Source: an uncultured Gammaproteobacteria bacterium (GTDB taxonomy: Bacteria; Patescibacteriota; Microgenomatia; CAZETR01; Amesbacteraceae). Taken from it: a DNA stretch of 54,787 nt. Position numbers and translations under genes: made by a program. Of the stretch, positions 47,472-54,202 are shown one piece after another. Positions within the stretch are counted from its first letter, which is position 1; every line of letters starts with the position of its first letter. The notes beneath the pieces were generated by a model. It saw only the letters and a program-made list of their open reading frames with translations. It did no database searches and was not told the DNA's origin. The stretch is taken from contig CAYHGA010000001.1 of NCBI GenBank assembly GCA_964356225.1, positions 170,220-225,006 on the forward strand. Direction: 5' to 3'.

Positions 47472-47984
47472 ATGAGCAAAATATATACCAAGACGGGGGA
47501 TCGGGGGATGACGGGGACGTTTTTGGGAAGGATGGCCAAGAGCGACAAGCTGGCACAGGGGCTGGGGGCGGTTGACGAGTTGAATAGCTGGATTGGATTA
47601 TGTAGATCGCAATATTCAGTATTCAATATTCGGTATTCGGTGATAGATAGCGAATTAAAAAAAATTCAAAATAACCTGTTGATTTTGGGATCGCAATTGG
47701 CTGGAAGTAAGAAGAAATTAAGATACGAAGAGACTAAGAGATTAGAGAAACTGATTGATAAATTAACTAAAGACCTGCCAAAATTGGCGAATTTTATTTA
47801 TCCCAAAGGATATTTACAGGTGGCCAGGTCTGTATGCAGACGCGCCGAAAGGGAAGTGGTGGCGGCAGAAATTAAAGACAAAAATGTTTTGAAATATTTA
47901 AACCGCTTGTCCGATGCGCTGTTTACGATGGCCCGGTGGGTAAATTTTAAAAGGGGGGGTATGGAAGAAGTGTGGAAAAGGTGA
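47472..47984 (+). CDS. ATP:cob(I)alamin adenosyltransferase, PduO type
   Basis: KIYTKTGDRG; GAVDELNS; RSVCRRAER; YLNRLSD. Confidence 0.93.
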   Translation: MSKIYTKTGDRGMTGTFLGRMAKSDKLAQGLGAVDELNSWIGLCRSQYSVFNIRYSVIDSELKKIQNNLLILGSQLAGSKKKLRYEETKRLEKLIDKLTKDLPKLANFIYPKGYLQVARSVCRRAEREVVAAEIKDKNVLKYLNRLSDALFTMARWVNFKRGGMEEVWKR

Positions 47985-47985
47985 A

Positions 47986-48240
47986 TTATTTCTTGTAAAC
48001 GTTGCCGCGATAATCGACGGTTTCAATTATTACTGCTTGGGTGTCTGAGTTGAAAGAGTAGATAATTCTTAATGGCCAAGCACGCAGGCTGCGAAGCCCG
48101 CGGAAATTTCCCTGAAGCGGTTTCCCCGCCAAAGGGTCATCTGCCAATAAAAGAATTTTCTTTTTAGCTTTTTTGAGTTCAGTTGGACCGATGCGTTTTA
48201 ATTGTTTTAAAGCTTCGTCTTTGTAGACAAATTTCACCAT
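47986..48240 (-). CDS. Type II TA toxin, RelE/ParE family
   Basis: GKPLQG...RSLR...RIIY...YRGNVY; start placed at the antitoxin overlap. Confidence 0.88.
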   Translation of the reverse strand: MVKFVYKDEALKQLKRIGPTELKKAKKKILLLADDPLAGKPLQGNFRGLRSLRAWPLRIIYSFNSDTQAVIIETVDYRGNVYKK

Positions 48241-48503
48241 TTTAATATTTTGTCTGCCTGGTCTTGAGAGAACACTTTTTTGGATTTTGTGGCTCGATGA
48301 ATGCTGGTCACAAGTTTTTTTTGGGACATAATTTCTAACGTTTCTTTCCAACCCTCGACTTCTTCGGCAGAGAGGATGACTACATCGTCTTTTCCGCGCA
48401 ATTTGATGGTGAACTGACGCAGCTTATCGGAGGCTTCGGCCAGAATTTGGTAAAAATTTGCTCTGGCGTCACTGGCAGGTAAGATGGAACTTAGCTGGTT
48501 CAT
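48234..48503 (-). CDS. Type II TA antitoxin, Phd/YefM
   Basis: ASDARANFY...VILSAEE...ETLEIMS. Confidence 0.9.
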   Translation of the reverse strand: MNQLSSILPASDARANFYQILAEASDKLRQFTIKLRGKDDVVILSAEEVEGWKETLEIMSQKKLVTSIHRATKSKKVFSQDQADKILKW

Positions 48504-48509
48504 GATCTA

Positions 48510-48538
48510 ATAGTACGTCTATTCGTACGTCTTGTCAA
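48510..48538 (-). promoter_or_regulatory. Sigma70 promoter with AGACGTAC repeat operator
   Basis: TTGACA-17nt-TACTAT-6nt-ATG. Confidence 0.82.
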
Positions 48539-48563
48539 GGGCGAAATTTGGTATCATGAGTGT

Positions 48564-48998
48564 ATGGATGATACTGCCCAAAAAACCCAGGCAAAACAGG
48601 CACAACAAGCAGAGCCGGATTACCAGCAGATGTATGGGGCGGGGGGGAGGTTTAAGGAACAGCTGGAAGCGATAGCCGGGGGATTTACCGGAGGATCAAA
48701 AGAGACGAAAGTGACCAAAGTGGAGGAAGTGCCGGAGAATGTGGAGGAAGAAAAGCTAAAGGAGGCTGAGGGATATATTGAAAGGGTGGAAAAGGAGGCG
48801 GAGCTGGCTGCCCCGGTAGTAGACGATTACACCAAACAAGTGCTGGTGGGGGCGGCGGCGGCGCAAAAACCGAAAGTGACCCTTCCGCTAACCGATGATC
48901 AAATTAAACAAGGTCTGCATCATAAAATATGGGAAGGGATTAGATGGCTGGCAGAGTGGTGTGCGAGACAGTTAAAAGTCATTCGTAGTCATTCATAG
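48564..48998 (+). CDS. Hypothetical protein
   Basis: Acidic ORF ending LPLT...GLH...WLAEWC. Confidence 0.75.
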   Translation: MDDTAQKTQAKQAQQAEPDYQQMYGAGGRFKEQLEAIAGGFTGGSKETKVTKVEEVPENVEEEKLKEAEGYIERVEKEAELAAPVVDDYTKQVLVGAAAAQKPKVTLPLTDDQIKQGLHHKIWEGIRWLAEWCARQLKVIRSHS

Positions 48999-49017
48999 TC
49001 ATACGTTGTCATTCGTT
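48978..49017. repeat. 10-mer tandem repeat (GTCATTCGTA-like) x4 across a stop codon
   Basis: gtcattcgta gtcattcata gtcatacgtt gtcattcgtt. Confidence 0.8.
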
Positions 49018-49030
49018 GTAAGATGAATAT

Positions 49031-51373
49031 ATGCCCGATTTAACTCTTTTGGTATATCAGTTGATGACTTTGATGCTGGGGATGGCAGTTTTGTTTTTGA
49101 CGGTGGTGATATCCGGATACTTATTGATTATCTGGTACAGGCACAAAGATCGGGAAGAGAAGAGCTTGGAGATGACTTGCCTGCAAGTGGCGGTGCCGAG
49201 GGAGAACGAGATTAAAATAGACGCCATGGAGCAGATTTATGCCAGTTTGTACTCGATTAAGAAGGGGGGAATGGGGCCATTTGGCTGGTTTAGTTTTTTA
49301 CAAACCCAGCCGCACATCAGTTTTGAACTGGTGGCCCGGAAAGAGGATATTAGGTTTTATATCGTGGTGCCGGAAAAGCTGCGGGATTTAACGGAAAAGC
49401 AGATCCACGGAAGCTATCCGGGAGCGGATATTCAGGTAGTAGATGAGCCGAATATATTTACCGAAAACGGGAATGTGGAATTTTCGTGGTTGGTAATGCG
49501 CAATTCGGCGTACAACCCGATCCAGGTATACAAAAATCTGACAGTGGACCCACTGGCGGGATTATCGTCGGCTCTGGCCAAAATGGGAGACGGGGAGGGG
49601 GCACATATTCAGATATTGATTTCTCCGGCAGACAATAAATGGAAAGGCAGGGGCCGGGCCTGGATCGGCAAGACCAAAAAAACGGAAAGCGATCCGGAAA
49701 AAGCCAGCTATAAAGTGGATCCGAAGGTGATGGAGGCGGTAGACAATAAAGTGAGCAAATCCGGATTTGAGACGACGATCCGGATAGTGGTGTGTTCAAG
49801 TGATAAGTCTTCGGCCAAAGCGCACCTGGCCAATATCCGGGCGGCCTTCGAACAATTTAACGGAGATCTGAATGGATTTAAGGGTAAAAAAGTGAGGTTG
49901 AAGAGTGCGTTTATGACCGATTTCATTTACAGATACCAGCCGGTGTTGTGGTGGGGGGGGAAGACGATATTAAATACGGAGGAGTTGGCCAGCATTTATC
50001 ATTTTCCCAATAAAACCGTTGAAACGCCGCACATATTTTGGCTGAACGCCAAACGGGCCCCGGCGCCGGCGGGGATACCGGATCATGGATTATATTTGGG
50101 CAAAAGTGTTTATAGGGGAGTGACCAGGCCGGTATATATTTCCGAATCTGACCGGGAGCGGCACATGTATATTATCGGAAGGACGGGGGTGGGGAAAACG
50201 GAGCTTTTGAAGACCATGATTTTGCAGGACATCCGGGCGGGCAGGGGAGTGGCCCTGATTGATCCGCATGATTTGGCGTCAGATATTTTGGGGTATATTC
50301 CGCCGGAACGGGCGGAAGATGTAATTTTCTTTGACCCGTCTGATCCGGAGCGGCCGATGGGGCTGAATATGATTGACGCCCGGACGGAACAGGAGCGGCA
50401 TTTGGTGGCCAGCTCGATTATCGGACTGATGTACAAGTTGTACGATCCGCACAAAACGGGAATTATCGGGCCCAGGTTTGAACACGCGATTAGAAACGCC
50501 ATGTTAACGGTATTGGACGCGATCCCCGGGGGAACATTTGTGGAAGTGGTGCAGGCGTTGCAAAGGGCGGAATTTGTGCAAGAAATGCTGCCCAAAGTGA
50601 CAGATCCGATTGTGCGGCGGTATTGGACGGACCAGATTGCGCAAACGAGCGACTTTCATAAATCGGAAGTTCTGGACTACATCGTGTCTAAATTCGGGCG
50701 GTTCGTGACTAACAAGATGATCAGAAATATCATCGGCCAGTCGCAAAGCGCGTTTGATTTTAGAAAAGTGATGGACGAGGGGAAAATATTAATTGTGAAT
50801 TTATCCAAAGGCAAGATGGGGGAGGAGAACTCCAACTTTTTGGGACTCATATTGGTGCCGCGGATACTGATGGCGGCCATGTCCCGGTTTGATGTGCCGG
50901 AGGCGCAACGGCGGCCGTTTTATCTGTATGTGGACGAGTTTCAGAATTTCGCCACGCCGGATTTTGCCACTATTTTGTCGGAAGCCCGGAAATACAAACT
51001 AAATCTGGTGGTGGCCAATCAGTTTATCGGGCAGATGGAGGAGGAAGTGAAGAACGCCATTTTTGGGAACGTGGGGACAATTATGACTTTCAGGACCGGG
51101 GTATCTGATGCCCAATATTTGCAGCACGAATACTCGCCGACGTTTACGGAGGCGGATATTTTGAACGTGGAGAAATATAATGTATATATTAAAACGATTG
51201 TGAATAACGAGCCGGTGCCGGCGTTTTCTATGGACGTGACTAAAGACATTAAAGCGGAGAGGGCGATGGCCAATCCAAAACTGGCGGAGGCGATCAAGCA
51301 ACTTTCCAGGCTGAAATACGGCAAGGATGTGCGGTTGGTGGAAGCGGAGATTAACGAGAGAGCACAGCTCTGA
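49031..51373 (+). CDS. VirD4/TraG-like (DUF87) membrane-anchored ATPase
   Basis: RHMYIIGRTGVGKT; IDPH; LYVDEFQNF; SEARKY; NQFIGQ. Confidence 0.88.
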   Translation: MPDLTLLVYQLMTLMLGMAVLFLTVVISGYLLIIWYRHKDREEKSLEMTCLQVAVPRENEIKIDAMEQIYASLYSIKKGGMGPFGWFSFLQTQPHISFELVARKEDIRFYIVVPEKLRDLTEKQIHGSYPGADIQVVDEPNIFTENGNVEFSWLVMRNSAYNPIQVYKNLTVDPLAGLSSALAKMGDGEGAHIQILISPADNKWKGRGRAWIGKTKKTESDPEKASYKVDPKVMEAVDNKVSKSGFETTIRIVVCSSDKSSAKAHLANIRAAFEQFNGDLNGFKGKKVRLKSAFMTDFIYRYQPVLWWGGKTILNTEELASIYHFPNKTVETPHIFWLNAKRAPAPAGIPDHGLYLGKSVYRGVTRPVYISESDRERHMYIIGRTGVGKTELLKTMILQDIRAGRGVALIDPHDLASDILGYIPPERAEDVIFFDPSDPERPMGLNMIDARTEQERHLVASSIIGLMYKLYDPHKTGIIGPRFEHAIRNAMLTVLDAIPGGTFVEVVQALQRAEFVQEMLPKVTDPIVRRYWTDQIAQTSDFHKSEVLDYIVSKFGRFVTNKMIRNIIGQSQSAFDFRKVMDEGKILIVNLSKGKMGEENSNFLGLILVPRILMAAMSRFDVPEAQRRPFYLYVDEFQNFATPDFATILSEARKYKLNLVVANQFIGQMEEEVKNAIFGNVGTIMTFRTGVSDAQYLQHEYSPTFTEADILNVEKYNVYIKTIVNNEPVPAFSMDVTKDIKAERAMANPKLAEAIKQLSRLKYGKDVRLVEAEINERAQL

Positions 51374-51425
51374 CGAGCCAGTTTATAGTTATTAGTTCAT
51401 AGTTCATAGTAAAATACGACAATTG

Positions 51426-51497
51426 GGGCCTGTAGCTCAACGGTAGAGCGAATGTCTTATACACATTATGTTGGAGGTTCGAATCCTCCCGGGCCCA
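51426..51497 (+). tRNA. tRNA-Ile(TAT)
   Basis: Acceptor GGGCCTG/CGGGCCC with A73; AATGT-CT-TAT-AC-ACATT; GGAGG-TTCGAAT-CCTCC. Confidence 0.9.
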
Positions 51498-51502
51498 CTT
51501 GC

Positions 51503-51530
51503 TTGACAAATTCAGAATTTCTGATATTCT
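51503..51530 (+). promoter_or_regulatory. Sigma70 promoter with TCAGAA/TTCTGA palindromic operator
   Basis: TTGACA-16nt-TATTCT-6nt-ATG. Confidence 0.7.
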
Positions 51531-51536
51531 GAAAAT

Positions 51537-51803
51537 ATGACTTATACGGCTACTATCAGACAGAGGGGGCAGTTGACTATTCCTGATCAGGTACGGGGGA
51601 TGTTGGGCTGGCTGCAGACGGGAGCGGTGGTGGGAATTGAGGCAGATAAAGATGAAGTGAGGATTAAACCTAAGATTGTATCTAAGAAACAAACTGATTG
51701 GGATAAAATTTGGCGGACGATTAAGCTCACCCGGAGTTTTAAAAGCCAGGGGGAAGATATCCCCGCCTCTCAGTTTATTGTTGAGGATAGACAGCGACAT
51801 TAA
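51537..51803 (+). CDS. AbrB/MazE-type antitoxin
   Basis: ATIRQRGQLTIPDQVR. Confidence 0.9.
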   Translation: MTYTATIRQRGQLTIPDQVRGMLGWLQTGAVVGIEADKDEVRIKPKIVSKKQTDWDKIWRTIKLTRSFKSQGEDIPASQFIVEDRQRH

Positions 51804-52228
51804 TGAGAAAACGGAAAATTGTTTTAGATTCTTCTGTGATTGTGAAGTTTCTTTTTGCTATGGGGGAAGATAATTTGTCTCAGGCGGATACGTTGTTGGC
51901 AGATGTGGAGAATGAAGAAGTCTTGCTCGTAGCTCCAGTTCTTACTAAATACGAAGTTGGAAATGTTGTTCGTTTTAGAAAAATTTCTGAGGTAGAAAAA
52001 TTGGCAAGCTGGGATAATTTTGAACAGTTACCTATTAAATATATCGACTTAGATTTTTCAGAGGGCAGGAGGGCGCAAAGTATTGCCGAAACTTTAAATA
52101 TCACATTTTACGATGCAGTGTTTGTGGAGTTAGCCGAGAGATTGAAAGCGGTTTTAGTAACAGCTAATCCTAAACACCAAAAGAAATTTGGGGGAGTGAA
52201 AGTAATCGCTTTGAAGGATTACAAGTGA
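51803..52228 (+). CDS. vapC: VapC/PIN toxin
   Basis: VLDSSVIVK; YEVGN; TFYDAVF; LVTAN. Confidence 0.9.
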   Translation: MRKRKIVLDSSVIVKFLFAMGEDNLSQADTLLADVENEEVLLVAPVLTKYEVGNVVRFRKISEVEKLASWDNFEQLPIKYIDLDFSEGRRAQSIAETLNITFYDAVFVELAERLKAVLVTANPKHQKKFGGVKVIALKDYK

Positions 52229-52255
52229 GGTTCGATTCCTCCCGGGCCCACAAAA

Positions 52256-52499
52256 CTAGCGCAACAGAGGTTGGGATGGGGGATTGTTTTGGATGTGGGG
52301 CGTGGGAGTGGGGTGAACAGAATCTAAGTTGCTGATGTTAGCTAGCTTAGCTCCCAGCATTGCACTGGCCAGGAGGGATGGTGTTGGGGTCGACGTTTAA
52401 GGAAGCAGAGAGAGTGTTGGCGGCTACGTTTACACTAAGAACGCTTGTAATTATGGCTGGAAACAAGTTAAGCAATCGTACCCTTTCTTTGCTTATCAT
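52256..52499 (-). pseudogene. Possible small frameshifted exported protein
   Basis: MISKERVRLLNLFPAIITSVLSV... stops after 50 aa; an adjacent frame continues PTPSLLAS...PTPTPH to 52256. Confidence 0.3.
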
Positions 52500-52502
52500 A
52501 GG

Positions 52503-53375
52503 CTAAAGTTCGGTCAGGCGGGAGGAGAGAGGGGATTGGGGTTTGACGAAATCCAGGTATTTGGTGGTGGAGGACAGGCGTTTGTGGCCGACGATTTGAG
52601 ACAGATACAGGGGGTCGCAACCGCAAGAAAGCTGGTGGGCCATGAAAGTGTGACGCAGGTCGTTGACTTTGGCGGTTTTGACGCCGGCGATTCTGAAAAA
52701 GCGGTCGATGGCGGTTCTGATATTGCGGATTAAAAGAGGATGACCGGTTTTGGTGATAAAGAGATGAGTGTCGGCTACTGCGGGGCGAACGGCCAGGTAA
52801 TTTCCGACAGCGGTGGAGACGGAGTGATTGATGGGGATAGCGCGGCCGGGATTATTTTCCAGGGGACGGATGTAAACCTCGTTTTTTTTAATGTCTTCAG
52901 TATGCAAATTAGCCAGCTCGGAAATACGCATGCCGGTTTGGAGAAGAAGCTCAACGATGGCGGACATACGGATGTCCAGACGGACGGCGTCGCGTAGAGA
53001 TTTGTATTCCAGGGGGAGAAGAATGCGGGGAGCGGAAGTGACATATTTGGGGTGGGCCAGGTCGGCGGCGGGGTTGGTAGGAGTGAGACTGTTTTGGTTT
53101 AAAAATTTGAAGAAGGTTTTGAGGGAATTGATTTTTCTACTGACGGATTTGGCGGTGTAATTATTGCCGGATAGGAAAGCCAGATAATCGGCCAAGTGCT
53201 GGGGAGTGAGAGTGGTAACTTGGGTGATACGCCGATCGACGAAGTGGTTTTTGAGCTGGACCAGGTCGCCGTTGTAAGCGGTAACGGTGGCAGAAGAGCG
53301 CTTTTGGGATTTGAGAAACTCGGAAAACTTCTCCAGGGCAGTGTCGAAACTAATGGGAGTGGGTAAGTCGTTCAT
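52503..53375 (-). CDS. Tyrosine recombinase, XerC/XerD-like
   Basis: SAM-like N-terminal domain; QTGMRISE; DLRHTF; VGH; KY; start placed at MNDLP. Confidence 0.9.
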   Translation of the reverse strand: MNDLPTPISFDTALEKFSEFLKSQKRSSATVTAYNGDLVQLKNHFVDRRITQVTTLTPQHLADYLAFLSGNNYTAKSVSRKINSLKTFFKFLNQNSLTPTNPAADLAHPKYVTSAPRILLPLEYKSLRDAVRLDIRMSAIVELLLQTGMRISELANLHTEDIKKNEVYIRPLENNPGRAIPINHSVSTAVGNYLAVRPAVADTHLFITKTGHPLLIRNIRTAIDRFFRIAGVKTAKVNDLRHTFMAHQLSCGCDPLYLSQIVGHKRLSSTTKYLDFVKPQSPLSSRLTEL

Positions 53376-53430
53376 ACTACAGGTTATCTTTCGTTTAGGG
53401 ATTGTACAAGATATGATGGAAAGAAGCAAT

Positions 53431-53778
53431 ATGAAAGTTAAGAAGAATAAGCTGCTGTACTGGATTTTGGCGGGGGTGATGGGGGTGCTTATGGTGAGGC
53501 TATCGGGGAGTGTGTGGAGGCTGTGGAAAGCGGGGGAACGGATTGAGCAGGCTGAACAGGAAGTTAAAAATCAGGAGGCAGAGAACCAAAATTTGAAAAA
53601 AAGACTGGCGGAAGTGCAAAGTCCGGAGTTTATAGAAAAAGAGGCGAGGGAAAAGTTGGGGCTGGGAAGGCCTGGCGAGGAAATAGTGGTATTGCCTGAA
53701 GTGCCTGTTGCGCCTTCAATGCCTGCTGTTGACGGGCCGAATTGGAGAAAATGGTGGAGGGTGTACGTGAGGGATTAG
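53431..53778 (+). CDS. Septum formation initiator (FtsB/DivIC family)
   Basis: TM segment, coiled coil, FIEKEAREKLGLGRPGE. Confidence 0.88.
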   Translation: MKVKKNKLLYWILAGVMGVLMVRLSGSVWRLWKAGERIEQAEQEVKNQEAENQNLKKRLAEVQSPEFIEKEAREKLGLGRPGEEIVVLPEVPVAPSMPAVDGPNWRKWWRVYVRD

Positions 53779-53850
53779 TGCCAGGGGAGAGACTCGGACT
53801 CTCAACCTCGTCCTTATGAAGAACTTGCTCCGCCATTGAGCTACCCTGGC
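53779..53850 (-). tRNA. tRNA-Met(CAT), probably elongator
   Basis: GCCAGGG/CCCTGGC; GTTC-TT-CAT-AA-GGAC; GAGAG-TCCGAGT-CTCTC. Confidence 0.88.
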
Positions 53851-53862
53851 AAATTGTTAAAT

Positions 53863-53929
53863 TGCTCTACCTGCCCGCATCCCGCTGAAGCGGGAAGCTT
53901 CTGCAGGCGGGCCATTGAGCTACGCAGCC
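53863..53929 (-). pseudogene. tRNA 5' fragment with a 42-nt palindromic insertion in the D-loop
   Basis: GGCTGCG-TA-GCTC-AATGG-[insert]-TA-GAGC-A; no anticodon or T arm follows. Confidence 0.7.
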
Positions 53930-53943
53930 ATGAGGCTAATTAT

Positions 53944-53982
53944 ACCTCACTCTTAGTCCCTCTCCTTATTTTAGGAGAGGGA
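53944..53982. repeat. Palindromic element family C-like copy
   Basis: ACCTCAC...TCCCTCTCCT-TATTTT-AGGAGAGGGA. Confidence 0.7.
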
Positions 53983-53986
53983 GATA

Positions 53987-54013
53987 AAAATCCCACCTTT
54001 CAGGTGGGATTTT
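53987..54013 (-). terminator. Intrinsic terminator after the initiator-like tRNA
   Basis: AAAATCCCACCT/AGGTGGGATTTT stem with T-run. Confidence 0.7.
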
Positions 54014-54021
54014 GAATCTTG

Positions 54022-54091
54022 TTGCGGGGCCGGGAATCGCACCCGGTCTGGAAGATTATGAGCCTTCCGTGCGGCTTTACACTACCCCGCA
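54022..54091 (-). tRNA. tRNA-Met(CAT), initiator-like
   Basis: TGCGGGG/CCCCGCA with A73; GAAGG-CT-CAT-AA-TCTTC; CCGGG-TGCGATT-CCCGG. Confidence 0.85.
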
Positions 54092-54144
54092 TGTCTTTTG
54101 AAAGAACGAGGCTATTTTAACATACCTTGACACTATTTGGTAAT

Positions 54145-54178
54145 GTACAAAACGTTCACGATCGTGAATATTTTGTAC
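54145..54178. promoter_or_regulatory. Inverted repeat upstream of the nuclease gene (operator or hairpin)
   Basis: GTACAAAA-CG-TTCACG-AT-CGTGAA-TA-TTTTGTAC. Confidence 0.45.
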
Positions 54179-54202
54179 CGATGGATTTGCTACACTTAAG
54201 GA

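Larger units (their letters stand above)
51474..52251. mobile_element. TA islet bounded by 25-bp direct repeats of the tRNA-Ile 3' end
   Basis: 51474-51498 vs 52227-52251, 24/25 identical. Confidence 0.8.

Noticed and set aside
47986-48351. ORF-track starts at 48351, 53429, 53287, 40855, 32606 and 28141
   Set aside because: They overlap neighbouring genes or promoters; downstream starts fit gene overlaps, -10 spacing and domain boundaries better.
49031-51373. Conjugative element
   Set aside because: No relaxase, VirB genes or element boundaries are visible.
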